From the NCBI GenBank assembly GCA_019057815.1, contig JAHLWR010000001.1, forward strand, positions 192,001 through 256,000: a stretch of 64,000 nucleotides of DNA, given 5' to 3'. Position numbers and translations under genes: made by a program. Below are positions 47,293 to 57,456 of this stretch, in pieces (positions within the stretch are counted from its first letter, which is position 1; the number at the start of each line of letters is the position of its first letter). Below the pieces are notes generated by a model. It was not told the origin of the DNA and did no database searches. It saw only the letters and a list, made by a program, of their open reading frames with translations. The DNA is from Candidatus Heimdallarchaeota archaeon (GTDB lineage: Archaea; Asgardarchaeota; Heimdallarchaeia; Heimdallarchaeales; Heimdallarchaeaceae).

Positions 47293-48429
47293 TTGGAAGA
47301 AGTAATAAGTAACAAACCACTCGTAATCGACAATGGTACTGGTTTCACTAAAAACGGTTTTGCTGGTGAAGACCAACCAAGAAGCGTTTTTCCAACTATT
47401 ATTGGTTATCCTAAATATCAGATAATCATGACAGATGTTGAACACTATGTCCGAGAGTACTACATTGGCGAAGAAGCTATCAATCTGCGTGGTGTGCTCA
47501 AACTTGTTTATCCTGTTGAGCATGGTCAAGTTCAAGATTGGGATGCTATGGAAAGAATTTGGCACTACACGTTTTATAATGATTTGCGTGTTAATCCTAA
47601 TGAACATCCTATTCTATTAACTGAACCTCCGCTGAACAAGAATCAGAACAAGGAGAAAATGGCTGAACTGATGTTTGATACATTTAATGTTCCTGCTATG
47701 TACATCTCCATGCAAGCTATTCTATCTCTCTATGCTTCTGGCCGTACAACTGGTATTGTCGTCGACTCTGGTGATGGTGTTACACACATCGTGCCAGTCT
47801 ATGAAGGTTTTGCTATCCATCACGCTATCCACAGATCAGATATCGGTGGTCGTGATGTTACTGACTACCTACGCAGACTCCTCAGACAACGAGGTTATTC
47901 ACTTTCCAGCAGTGCTGAACGTGAAATTGTCCGTGATATCAAAGAACGTCTTTGCTATGTTGCTCTTGACCCTGAAAAAGAATTAAGATTAGCTGAAAAA
48001 GTTTCAGGAATGGAGAAGACATACACTCTCCCTGATGGTGAGACACTTACCATTGGTGCAGAGAGATTCATGGCCCCTGAATTGTTCTACAACCCTGGCG
48101 CTATTGGATCAGAAGAAAATCCTCTAGACGATTTGATTTACCGATCAATTCAAAGCTGTGATATCGATCTCCGAAGAGATTTATATGCAAATATAGTTCT
48201 ATCTGGTGGTTCAACAATGTTCCCAGGTCTTAAAGAACGTCTACATAAAGAAATAACTGAACTCGTTCCTGAGACTATAGAAATAAAGATCATTGCCCCA
48301 CCCGAGAGAAGATATTCAGTCTGGATAGGTGGAAGTATTCTTAGCAGCCTTAAGACATTCACAAAGTTGTGGGTAACCAAGAAAGAGTACCAAGAAAGTG
48401 GACCAACTGCAGTTTATCGTTGCATTTAA
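47293..48429 (+). CDS. Asgard actin (eukaryote-like, conserved lokiactin type)
   Basis: [82 protein letters not shown]; TTG start after AGGTGA. Confidence 0.97.
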   Translation: MEEVISNKPLVIDNGTGFTKNGFAGEDQPRSVFPTIIGYPKYQIIMTDVEHYVREYYIGEEAINLRGVLKLVYPVEHGQVQDWDAMERIWHYTFYNDLRVNPNEHPILLTEPPLNKNQNKEKMAELMFDTFNVPAMYISMQAILSLYASGRTTGIVVDSGDGVTHIVPVYEGFAIHHAIHRSDIGGRDVTDYLRRLLRQRGYSLSSSAEREIVRDIKERLCYVALDPEKELRLAEKVSGMEKTYTLPDGETLTIGAERFMAPELFYNPGAIGSEENPLDDLIYRSIQSCDIDLRRDLYANIVLSGGSTMFPGLKERLHKEITELVPETIEIKIIAPPERRYSVWIGGSILSSLKTFTKLWVTKKEYQESGPTAVYRCI

Positions 48430-48439
48430 GGTGCATAAT

Positions 48440-48465
48440 TTCTTTCTTTTTTCTTTTATTTTTTA
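48440..48465 (+). terminator. Oligo-T archaeal terminator after actin
   Basis: Long T-rich tract just after the stop codon. Confidence 0.5.
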
Positions 48466-48718
48466 TTAATCTAAATGTTAAATTGTTTTTTTGTACATTG
48501 TTTTTCGAAAAACAGAATATACAAAGCCTTATGGGAGAATTTTTGCCTTTAAAGGTGTTTTCACTACTTTCTTTGTAATTATTAAAAAGGTTTTACGCAT
48601 TCTTCCATCCTGATTTGGTTTTATTAGAAATTACAAGTAATTAGTAAAGTGTAAAACACCAAAAGACTTATTTTATTTCTCCATTTGCATGTTTTAATAA
48701 TAAAAATGAGGTTTTCTA

Positions 48719-49063
48719 ATGTCCACACCACAACAACTTACTCCTGAACAGCAACAAGATGTTCAACGTTTTAATCAGTTAGTTCAACAACTAGAGATTC
48801 TAAAGATGCAGATTCAGCAACTAGAAGTTGAAAAACGCGACGTTGATATTGCTCTAAAAGAAACTGAAACTATGGCTTCCGATGCTGTTATTTATCGTTC
48901 AGTTGGCAGGCTTTTATTCAAAGACAGCCTAGAAAATGTAAAGAAAAACTTGGTTTCTCAACAGGAAAAGGGAGAAGTAAGGATTTCATCATTACGCAAT
49001 CGTGAACAAAAAATCACAAAATCTGTAAATGAACTCAAAGAGAAACTTATGACGAAGAGCTAG
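48719..49063 (+). CDS. pfdB: Prefoldin beta subunit
   Basis: Coiled coils flanking the IYRSVGRLLF beta hairpin. Confidence 0.93.
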   Translation: MSTPQQLTPEQQQDVQRFNQLVQQLEILKMQIQQLEVEKRDVDIALKETETMASDAVIYRSVGRLLFKDSLENVKKNLVSQQEKGEVRISSLRNREQKITKSVNELKEKLMTKS

Positions 49064-49115
49064 TTTTAAGAAGAAATTATATCTTTTTTTCTCATAGCTT
49101 TAGAGTTGATGTTTA

Positions 49116-49430
49116 ATGACGTCTGATATAATAGATATTGGGATAGGTCAATTAGATGATGAACGGTTAGAAGAACTTGCTATCAAAATAGAGACACAAC
49201 TCCATAAATATCTTAGAAAGCATCCTCAATGGGATCTATTATCAGATTTCTCAATTCTTATTAAACTCTCACAAGACGAAGATAATGTTCTCACACTTGA
49301 TTTGGAGTATAACACGACAGGAGCACTTACATCCTCTCAACATGAACAAATACATGAAAATCTTGCAATTCAAGCTGAAGAAATTTTGAAAGAGGCGCTT
49401 ATTTGTCTGAAGAATTCCAAAAAATCATAA
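49116..49430 (+). CDS. DUF3194-like archaeal protein
   Basis: IGIGQLDDERLEEL N-terminus; usual position between pfdB and a DHH gene. Confidence 0.6.
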   Translation: MTSDIIDIGIGQLDDERLEELAIKIETQLHKYLRKHPQWDLLSDFSILIKLSQDEDNVLTLDLEYNTTGALTSSQHEQIHENLAIQAEEILKEALICLKNSKKS

Positions 49431-50422
49431 ATTATGTACAAGAACATAAGTGTCAACACATAGGTATTTTTGCTCACCAAAATGCCGACCCCGATGCAAT
49501 AGCTAGCGCCATCGGGTTAAAATATTTGATTCTATCTTACTTTCCCTTGATTCATGTAACTCTTTATGCTTCTTCCCTTAGTTTGCTCTCCCAGAAAATC
49601 CTATCAAATTATGATGAGAAATTTGAAGATAATATTGTACAGAATAATCTAGATGCTATTTTTCTGTGTGATACAAATAATTTGATCCAATTGGGTGATA
49701 TATCAATAGACGAATATATTTCCAACAATGTTCCTGTTTTTATTATTGATCATCATTCTTATCATGAATTCACAAAACAAGCTATTGTATCAATTGTCAA
49801 ACCTATTACTTCAACAGCTGAAATTATTGCACAAATATATAAGGAAACAGCAATTCAATTACCTGAAAACGTTGGAACAATTTTACTTTCAGGAGTGCTT
49901 TTTGATACTAGGAGATTTATCCATACCTCACCTGCAACGTTTGAATTAACACAGTTTTTGATAGCGAATGGAGGAAACTATGACACAGCACTCTCTATCT
50001 TACAAAAACCATTTACAAAGTCTGAACGTATAGCTCATCTTAAAGGAGCAAAGCGAATGATTATTCATTATGAGGATAGGGGAATTGTTGTTGTTTCACA
50101 TGTTGGCTCTTACGAATCCTCTGTTGCTAGATCCCTTGTAAATTTAGGTTCAGATTTTGCTGTAGTTTTTGCTTTAACCTCCTCGGACGAATTGCGAATT
50201 AGTTTTCGTTGCTCTAATAATTATGCTTCTAAAACCGCTATAAATCTTGGAGAACTTGCTAATAAGATTGCCACAAAATTTGGTGGCACGGGAGGAGGAC
50301 ACAAAACTGCAGCAGGAGCGAATATTAAAGATATTAAAGAATTTCCCAAGAATAAAGATAAAATCGCTAAATTCTTGCTAAACATATTACTTGAAGAATT
50401 AGAGTTGCTGAAAGAAACTTAG
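49403..50422 (+). CDS. DHH family phosphoesterase (NrnA-like)
   Basis: HQNADPDA, IDHH, DT and GGGHKTAAG motifs. Confidence 0.93.
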   Translation: MSEEFQKIINYVQEHKCQHIGIFAHQNADPDAIASAIGLKYLILSYFPLIHVTLYASSLSLLSQKILSNYDEKFEDNIVQNNLDAIFLCDTNNLIQLGDISIDEYISNNVPVFIIDHHSYHEFTKQAIVSIVKPITSTAEIIAQIYKETAIQLPENVGTILLSGVLFDTRRFIHTSPATFELTQFLIANGGNYDTALSILQKPFTKSERIAHLKGAKRMIIHYEDRGIVVVSHVGSYESSVARSLVNLGSDFAVVFALTSSDELRISFRCSNNYASKTAINLGELANKIATKFGGTGGGHKTAAGANIKDIKEFPKNKDKIAKFLLNILLEELELLKET

Positions 50423-50432
50423 AGGTTTTTAA

Positions 50433-51929
50433 GTGATGAATGAGTTCATTTCTTTTCGAAATTTTAGTTTTCGTTATTACTTGAGGAAGGAATGGTCTTT
50501 AAAATCAGTGGACCTTAATATAAAAAAAGGGGAACTTATTATTCTTACAGGACCTAGTGGTTCTGGAAAAACCTCAGTATGCTATTCAATAAATGGTCTC
50601 ATTCCTCATTTTTATGCTGGGGAAGTTAAAGGAAATGTATTTGTAGCGGAAAAAAAGGTAAGTAAAAGACCAGTCTCAGAATTAAGTAAAAAAATTGGTT
50701 ATATTCCCCAAAGAGCTGAAAATTCTTTCGTCACGCCATATGTTTTCAGTGAATTAGCTTTTCCTCTTGAATATCGAAGTTTCTCTAAAGAGAGTATAAA
50801 AAACAAAATTCTTGAACTTGCAAATTATTTGGATCTTACAAAACTCTTGAAGAGAAACCCAAATGAATTATCTGAAGGTGAAAAACAGAAATTGGCAATT
50901 GGGTGCGCTTTAGTTACAGAACCCGAAATTATTGTAGCTGACGAGCCTTTAGCAAATCTGGATTATTCTAACCAACAAAAGATTATTACAATTTTCAAAT
51001 CACTTCAACAGAAAGGAAAAACGATTATCATAGCGACACACGAGTATTTCAAATATAGAGAGCTCAACCCAAGATTCATACAGATTGAAAAAGGACAAAT
51101 AACGGGGAATCTTATAGAAAATGGGGAAGGAAGTAAAAAGGAATTCGAAATCATCAAAAAGAAATTATGTCTCAACGATATCAAAAGTGAAAAAGAAAGC
51201 GAAGTTTCAAAAAGTGAGGTAGAAGTGAAAAATCTTAGCTTTAAATTTTCGAATGGTTTTTCTATTTCAGATATTAATTTCACAACAAATCGTGGCAAAG
51301 TAATAGGGTTGATTGGTGACAATGGTTCTGGAAAAACCACTCTTTTTAGACTACTTTGTGGATTTTTAAAACCTGATTCTGGTTCAATAAAACTGTCTGG
51401 AAAAGACCTGAAAGATTGGAATTGGTCGGAATTAGCAGCGTATTTAGGGGTTATTTTTCAGGATCCAGATAAACAGTTTTTTGAAGAAGAAATTGGGAAA
51501 GAGGCAGTTTTTATTTCAAAAAACTTAGACTTGAATCTTATAGACACTAATAAAATTGAGAACGAATTATCCAGTTGTCATTTAGAGAATTATGTGTTAT
51601 ATAATCCCCATTCTTTATCACATGGGGAGAAGAGACGATTAGCATTTGTTTCCTCAACGTTTCACAAACCAGAACTTATCTTAATTGATGAAGTAACTAA
51701 TGGACTCGATAGAGAAAATAAAGAATGGGTATCTAATCAAATATTAAAACTTAAACAAGAAAATAAAATGTTAATTATTGTATCTCATGATTGGCATTGG
51801 TTATCAAAATTTGTAGATGAGATTATTTACCTTAAGAACGGAAGAATTGAACAAGTATTAAATAAAGACCAATTTTACAGCATTCTTCAGAAAGCTACAA
51901 AGGGTGAAACTATTCTTTTGGAGAGATGA
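50433..51929 (+). CDS. ECF transporter ATPase, fused double ABC domain
   Basis: Two Walker A motifs (GPSGSGKT, GDNGSGKT), LSEGEKQ/LSHGEKRR, QDPDKQFF. Confidence 0.93.
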   Translation: MMNEFISFRNFSFRYYLRKEWSLKSVDLNIKKGELIILTGPSGSGKTSVCYSINGLIPHFYAGEVKGNVFVAEKKVSKRPVSELSKKIGYIPQRAENSFVTPYVFSELAFPLEYRSFSKESIKNKILELANYLDLTKLLKRNPNELSEGEKQKLAIGCALVTEPEIIVADEPLANLDYSNQQKIITIFKSLQQKGKTIIIATHEYFKYRELNPRFIQIEKGQITGNLIENGEGSKKEFEIIKKKLCLNDIKSEKESEVSKSEVEVKNLSFKFSNGFSISDINFTTNRGKVIGLIGDNGSGKTTLFRLLCGFLKPDSGSIKLSGKDLKDWNWSELAAYLGVIFQDPDKQFFEEEIGKEAVFISKNLDLNLIDTNKIENELSSCHLENYVLYNPHSLSHGEKRRLAFVSSTFHKPELILIDEVTNGLDRENKEWVSNQILKLKQENKMLIIVSHDWHWLSKFVDEIIYLKNGRIEQVLNKDQFYSILQKATKGETILLER

Positions 51930-51932
51930 ATA

Positions 51933-52670
51933 TTGAGTATAGAAAACTATTCCGACGATAAAACCTTCTTTCATTTGTCTAAGAAATACTCAATTGATTC
52001 CCGTACAAAACTAGTAATCTTATCCTTAATGCTTTTTTCCATTTTCTTTTTCAGAGATTGGATAGTCCTATTGTCTTTAACTGCTACTTCTGTGCTATTT
52101 GTAATTCTAGTGAAACCTAAAATTGTTTTCTTGATTAGATTTATAGTATTCTTACTTGTTTTTTCATGTTTAGCAACCTTTTTTGCGTATCGTTCTAATT
52201 CAACTATTGATCCGTTTGAAATTTTTGCTATTATCAGTAGTAGATTTTTGACCACGTTTTTTATCATTACATGGTTCTTTAGCTCAGTACAACCTTATGA
52301 ACTCGCGGTTGTTCTTGAAAAGATGTATGTACCCACCAGAATCACTTGGTTTCTTACAACTATTTATCAATTTATTCCAATTCTTACAAAAGAAGCTCAA
52401 ACCATAAACGAGATTAGAAAATTAAAAGGTTTAACAGCAAAAATGTGGCAATTCAAGAAACAAGTTATTATAATAAAAAGTACGTTGAAGCCGTTAATAA
52501 GCGGAACAATGAATAAAGCAATAGATTTAGCAGAAGCAATGACAATAAAGGGATTTCAACCAAATATTAGAAGAGAGCACATAGTTAACATGAATTTAAG
52601 AATATACGATTTAATTCTAATATTGGTTATGGGAACCTCTCTAATATGTCTAATTATATTTGTAAGATAA
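51933..52670 (+). CDS. ECF transporter transmembrane component T
   Basis: DSRTKL, FIPIL..EA, AEAMTIKGF motifs; follows the ECF ATPase. Confidence 0.9.
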   Translation: MSIENYSDDKTFFHLSKKYSIDSRTKLVILSLMLFSIFFFRDWIVLLSLTATSVLFVILVKPKIVFLIRFIVFLLVFSCLATFFAYRSNSTIDPFEIFAIISSRFLTTFFIITWFFSSVQPYELAVVLEKMYVPTRITWFLTTIYQFIPILTKEAQTINEIRKLKGLTAKMWQFKKQVIIIKSTLKPLISGTMNKAIDLAEAMTIKGFQPNIRREHIVNMNLRIYDLILILVMGTSLICLIIFVR

Positions 52671-52682
52671 CTATCAACACAA

Positions 52683-53309
52683 CTATTTTTTAATCCTTTC
52701 TAGAATAATTTTGAGAATGTCTCTATGTACATCTTCTTTTTCTCGTGAAACATTTATGAGAAAGAATAAGTCGGGAAATTCATTAACAAGTTCTAAGTAG
52801 ATATTTCTCACTCGTTGAAGACTTTCATGCTTTTCAAAAGTATTGGTTCCATGTGTTCTTTCTTTAGATATCCTTTCTACTGCCTCATCGACACTTAAAT
52901 CTAGTAAAATAACGATTTTTGGTTCAATTGCAATTTTCATATTTTCGTTGAGAATATATTTCCAATTTAACCCTCTAGAACCTTGGTAAGCTACAGATGA
53001 GAAATAATAACGATCTGTAACAATTATCTTACCTTGATGAAGTAATGGAATAACTTCCTCTTTTAAATGGAGTTTTCTATCCTCTAGAAACAGTTTAAAT
53101 TCCTCTTCAACCGATAAACGTGTCGGAGCAAAAAAGCTTTCACGTAGTTTTTTTCCTTGTTCTGACCACTTTGTAGGTTCAGTTGTATATTCTGCATCAT
53201 AACTCAACGAACAGAGACGTTCAACAAGTAACTTTGAATGAGTAGTTTTTCCAGAACCATCAATTCCTTCCAAACAGATAAGAAAACCAGCAGAGGTTGA
53301 ATCAGACAT
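52683..53309 (-). CDS. tmk: Thymidylate kinase
   Basis: LEGIDGSGKTT, TEPT, DRYYFSSVAYQG. Confidence 0.95.
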   Translation of the reverse strand: MSDSTSAGFLICLEGIDGSGKTTHSKLLVERLCSLSYDAEYTTEPTKWSEQGKKLRESFFAPTRLSVEEEFKLFLEDRKLHLKEEVIPLLHQGKIIVTDRYYFSSVAYQGSRGLNWKYILNENMKIAIEPKIVILLDLSVDEAVERISKERTHGTNTFEKHESLQRVRNIYLELVNEFPDLFFLINVSREKEDVHRDILKIILERIKK

Positions 53310-53456
53310 GGTGTCAAATGTATGCTCAATAAATAAAATACTTGTGGTCAACAACTTCTCAAAAACAATAAAATATAAAATCATCCCTTTTTAGGAAAGC
53401 TTTAAATTCCTACTTTTCCCGTTTGATTTAACCTAGAGGCCATATCTCTGGTTGAT

Positions 53457-54830
53457 GTGAGTGGTACTATGTTTTCACAAAACTTTGCAGAATTAATAGA
53501 TTATGCAATTAAAAAGTTTGAAATTAACTTTTTTGATTCTTTTGAAATTAGCTGTGTTGACAGATTGCACGCATTAACACGGTTTACAAAATCAACTATA
53601 CACCAAAATGTTTCAAATCATACAAACCACTTTTTATTTAGAGTTTCAAAGGGTAAACGAATATGTTCAACATCTCTTACTTCTCTAACTCCCAAATCCA
53701 TAGATGATACGATTTCAGAACTAAAAAACATGGTTTCACATTTGCCTGAAATACCTTTCTTTGAAGGTTTCATAGAACATCCAACAGCTACTGTTCCTTC
53801 TGTTCAGGTAACAGATTCATTGTTAGATGAATACCAGCGAGCTGATATAGTAGAAGAAGCAGTAAATGCTGCAGAAGAAGTAGATCCCAATGTAAGACTT
53901 GCTGGTTCAGTATTTATTACGGATTTGCGTTTTTGTATAATTAATTCAAATGATATTGATTTTTCCCATCATTTGACTTATAATGGTTTAATAGTCAACG
54001 CACTCACTGAACGTGAAAATAAGGGTTATGCTAAAGAAGAACAATACGTTAGAGATCCATTAGAACTCAATCCATCTGATATTGCAAGAAAAGCAACAGA
54101 ATTATCAGTTAATACTTGTTTTGCTAGAAGTTATGATCAAGGCGAGTATGAAGTAATTCTCTCTCCTTCTGCAGCAGGAACATTGTTACGATTTCTTTCA
54201 TTTGGTTTCAATGGTACGAGTTATCATGAATCGCAGAGTTTCATTTCTGATGAAATTGGAAGCCAATTATTTGATACTAAATTGACGTTGGTTGATGACC
54301 CTCTTAATGAAGAAACAATGCTATCCTCACCTATTGATGGTGAAGGAGCCCTAAAAAAGCAACTTTGCTTAATAGAAAATGGAATACCTAAAACAATCCT
54401 CTACGACAGTTTTTTAGCATCAAAATATCTTGGAGATAAATCTAAAACTACAGCCCATAAAGTAGTTCCCTATTCAGACTATATTTTTGGAGGAGCTTTA
54501 CCACTTAATCTTGTTCTTCAACCAGGCAACTCAAATCTAGAAGAAATGTTTGAAGAAACTAAAAAAGGATTTTTCATAAATCGGTTACATTATACAAATT
54601 TTGTTAACAGGCGCTTAGGAGCTATTACTGGTCTCACAAGGGATGGTTTGCAATATATTGAAAATGGAGAAATAGTTTCCGCAGCCAAGAATTTCAGATT
54701 CACAGATAGTCTTACAAGGATTCTAAAAAACGTTTCACTAATAGGAAAGAAACTTCATACAAGTGCGACAATAAAATGCCCTGCAATTAAACTCCCATCA
54801 TTCAAATTCACTGGAAAAAGTAAGCATTAG
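53457..54830 (+). CDS. TldD/PmbA family protein, non-catalytic TldE-like
   Basis: LTRF....IHQN, DGEG, TGLTRDG..YIENGEI; no HExxH. Confidence 0.9.
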   Translation: MSGTMFSQNFAELIDYAIKKFEINFFDSFEISCVDRLHALTRFTKSTIHQNVSNHTNHFLFRVSKGKRICSTSLTSLTPKSIDDTISELKNMVSHLPEIPFFEGFIEHPTATVPSVQVTDSLLDEYQRADIVEEAVNAAEEVDPNVRLAGSVFITDLRFCIINSNDIDFSHHLTYNGLIVNALTERENKGYAKEEQYVRDPLELNPSDIARKATELSVNTCFARSYDQGEYEVILSPSAAGTLLRFLSFGFNGTSYHESQSFISDEIGSQLFDTKLTLVDDPLNEETMLSSPIDGEGALKKQLCLIENGIPKTILYDSFLASKYLGDKSKTTAHKVVPYSDYIFGGALPLNLVLQPGNSNLEEMFEETKKGFFINRLHYTNFVNRRLGAITGLTRDGLQYIENGEIVSAAKNFRFTDSLTRILKNVSLIGKKLHTSATIKCPAIKLPSFKFTGKSKH

Positions 54831-54875
54831 CCAAATAAGTTGTTACTAACGTAGAATACTAACCTGGTTGTCAAG

Positions 54876-55835
54876 ATGTTTAAAGAAGTAGAATTAACTT
54901 ATCAAAGAATACAAAAAATTGCTAATCACACGCCTGTAATGACTTCAACTACATTAAATAAGAAAGTAAACGCAGAATGTTATATTAAATGCGAAAATTT
55001 TCAAAAAACAGGATCATTCAAATTTAGGGGAGCGTTAAATAGCTTATCACTTTTGTCTCCCGAAAACAAAAAAAGGGGTGTTATCACTCATTCTTCGGGA
55101 AATCATGCTCAAGCTCTAGCATTAGCTGCAAAACTAATTGGAGTGAAAGCTGTTATTGTTATGCCAAAAAATGCTCCAAAAGTGAAAGTTAAAGCAACAA
55201 AAGGGTATGGAGCAGAAATTATTTTTTGTGGAAATAAACCTGGAGATAGAGAAAAAGCTGTTGACCTATTAATAGAACAATATAGTTACAAATTAATTCA
55301 TCCTTCAAACGATTTAGAAATTATTTATGGGCAAGGTACTGCAGCTTATGAACTCATAAGAGAAGTAGGAGATCAGGATTTTGTTTTCGCTCCTTGTGGT
55401 GGTGGTGGTCTTTTATCAGGAACATCAATTGCATCAAAAGGATTGTGTCCCAATGTAAAAGTAATAGGTGTAGAACCAAAGAACGCTGATGATGCCTATC
55501 GATCTTTTAGAGATGGAAAAATATATCCTTCGCTTAACCCTAATACAATAGCTGATGGTTTAAGAACATCCCTCGGTACAAATACTTTCAAAATAATCAG
55601 AAAACAAGTTGATAAAATCATCACAGTAACAGAACAAGAAATAGTTAACGCAATGAAGTTTTACTGGACAAGAATGAAACTAATTGTAGAGCCTTCAGGT
55701 GCAGTTTCACTAGCTGGCGTATTGTCAAATAAAATTAATCTAACTTCTAAAAAAGTGGGCATAATCATTTCTGGTGGAAATGTTGATTTAACAGATTTTT
55801 TCAATAAAATTATAGAAGAACTAAATCACGAATAG
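54876..55835 (+). CDS. Serine/threonine dehydratase / serine racemase family PLP enzyme
   Basis: KCENFQKTGSFKFRGA, SSGNHAQ, GGGGLLSG, SGGNVD; no ACT domain. Confidence 0.93.
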   Translation: MFKEVELTYQRIQKIANHTPVMTSTTLNKKVNAECYIKCENFQKTGSFKFRGALNSLSLLSPENKKRGVITHSSGNHAQALALAAKLIGVKAVIVMPKNAPKVKVKATKGYGAEIIFCGNKPGDREKAVDLLIEQYSYKLIHPSNDLEIIYGQGTAAYELIREVGDQDFVFAPCGGGGLLSGTSIASKGLCPNVKVIGVEPKNADDAYRSFRDGKIYPSLNPNTIADGLRTSLGTNTFKIIRKQVDKIITVTEQEIVNAMKFYWTRMKLIVEPSGAVSLAGVLSNKINLTSKKVGIIISGGNVDLTDFFNKIIEELNHE

Positions 55836-55930
55836 AAGAAAATAAGTGGTGATTACCAGTCCGTATTTTAATCTATGTAACCTTTGAAATTCTAGCAGGT
55901 TTTGATGAAGTATTTCTACAAAACGTGATA

Positions 55931-57364
55931 TTAGGATGTAAGTGTTAAGGTTGTAGTTGGTTTAGAAGCAAAGCGATAGCACTTAGTAAGAATAGCAATA
56001 AGGATTGTTGTTACCAATAAAAATACTCCTGAGCCCACCATTGTAGCAATTATTCCGACATTGTCTGCTGTAAACCCTGATAATGAAAGACAAATTACAC
56101 TTAGTATCTGAATATACGAGTTGACAGCTCCATAAGCTCGCCCTCTAACTTCATTAGGAATAGATTCAGCAAAAATTGCGTTAATAGATAAACTAAACAT
56201 CCCATTAACTATTCCAAATATTGAATTGAAAACTACAAGTAGAACAAATGATGGTCCAAAAATAAAAATTATATAAAAAGCTGCCATTGCAAAGGAGCCC
56301 ATAAAAATTGCTCTTCCTCTACCTATTTTTTTTTCATATTTTCCAAAGGCTAAATTTCCCATTATTGCGCCTGCAGCTCCAAAAGCTCCAAGTATTCCAT
56401 ATTCTGTTTGAGCAGCTTTTTCAATCAAATTTAGATTGATGAGTGAATCATATCTATTGATTGTTTTTAGTAAAGTTATCATTTTCGCAGATAAGGCTTG
56501 ATAAGCTGGGGTTTGGCCATGTACAATCTCAAAAAGATATGGGAAGAGCAAGGGACCTGCAAAGGCTGTACCTAGAATTAAGAAACTAAATAAGATAATA
56601 AGAATTCGAACTGTCTTGTGCTTAAACAGGTATTTGTACCCCTCTTTCATATCGCTAAATACTGTTTTTACTGTAATCTTACCTGTTTTATCTCTTGAGG
56701 CAGAAGGAATTTTTGTAAAAGAAAGAATTACTGCGGAAATAAAGTAACAACTTGCAATTATCCAAAAAGTATTGGATCCTAATAAGGGATAGATTGGCGC
56801 AGCAATAAGGGGACCAAGAACTGCTAAAGTTTGAAAGACTAGCTGACTTAAACTAATCGCTTTCACATATAAACGTAATCCTGTGATTTCAGGAATTGCA
56901 GCAGAACGTGGAGCAACAAACGAAGCTGATGCTAACCCTATAAAAAAGGAAATGATGACGATGCCAGATATGCTGGTCATAAAAGGCAGCAATATAATAG
57001 AGACTCCACGAAGAATATCTGAGCTTATCATCATTGTCTTACGATTAACACGATCTGCAAAAACTCCCGCAATTGGAGCTATTATGACCCACGGAATTGT
57101 TTGCGCTGCTAAAACTAGAGTCATCTGTGTTTTTGATCCAGTTATAGAGTAAACATACATTATTATTGCAATTCGAAAAATAGCATCCCCAAAATTACTG
57201 AAGAATTGACCTGAAAGGAGTCTCATAAAATCTTTGTTTTTGAATACATCCCTGTAGCTTGGTTCACTTCCCTCAACAGATGCAGAATCAGATTGGTGCT
57301 CTTCATGACCATTTGATTCTAACTCGTTATTAGGATGATTCTCAGAATTTGTGGGGTCATTCAT
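55931..57364 (-). CDS. MFS transporter (DHA3/macrolide-efflux-like)
   Basis: GQFFSNFGD, GVFADRVNRK motif A, 12-TM pattern. Confidence 0.92.
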   Translation of the reverse strand: MNDPTNSENHPNNELESNGHEEHQSDSASVEGSEPSYRDVFKNKDFMRLLSGQFFSNFGDAIFRIAIIMYVYSITGSKTQMTLVLAAQTIPWVIIAPIAGVFADRVNRKTMMISSDILRGVSIILLPFMTSISGIVIISFFIGLASASFVAPRSAAIPEITGLRLYVKAISLSQLVFQTLAVLGPLIAAPIYPLLGSNTFWIIASCYFISAVILSFTKIPSASRDKTGKITVKTVFSDMKEGYKYLFKHKTVRILIILFSFLILGTAFAGPLLFPYLFEIVHGQTPAYQALSAKMITLLKTINRYDSLINLNLIEKAAQTEYGILGAFGAAGAIMGNLAFGKYEKKIGRGRAIFMGSFAMAAFYIIFIFGPSFVLLVVFNSIFGIVNGMFSLSINAIFAESIPNEVRGRAYGAVNSYIQILSVICLSLSGFTADNVGIIATMVGSGVFLLVTTILIAILTKCYRFASKPTTTLTLTS

Positions 57365-57456
57365 AAAATCTACTTTCACAATTTCTTTTTAACGAAGAAG
57401 ATTTTCGTGTAATAATAACTTTTTCTTTCCTATATTTCGTTATTAACTGCTTGTTA

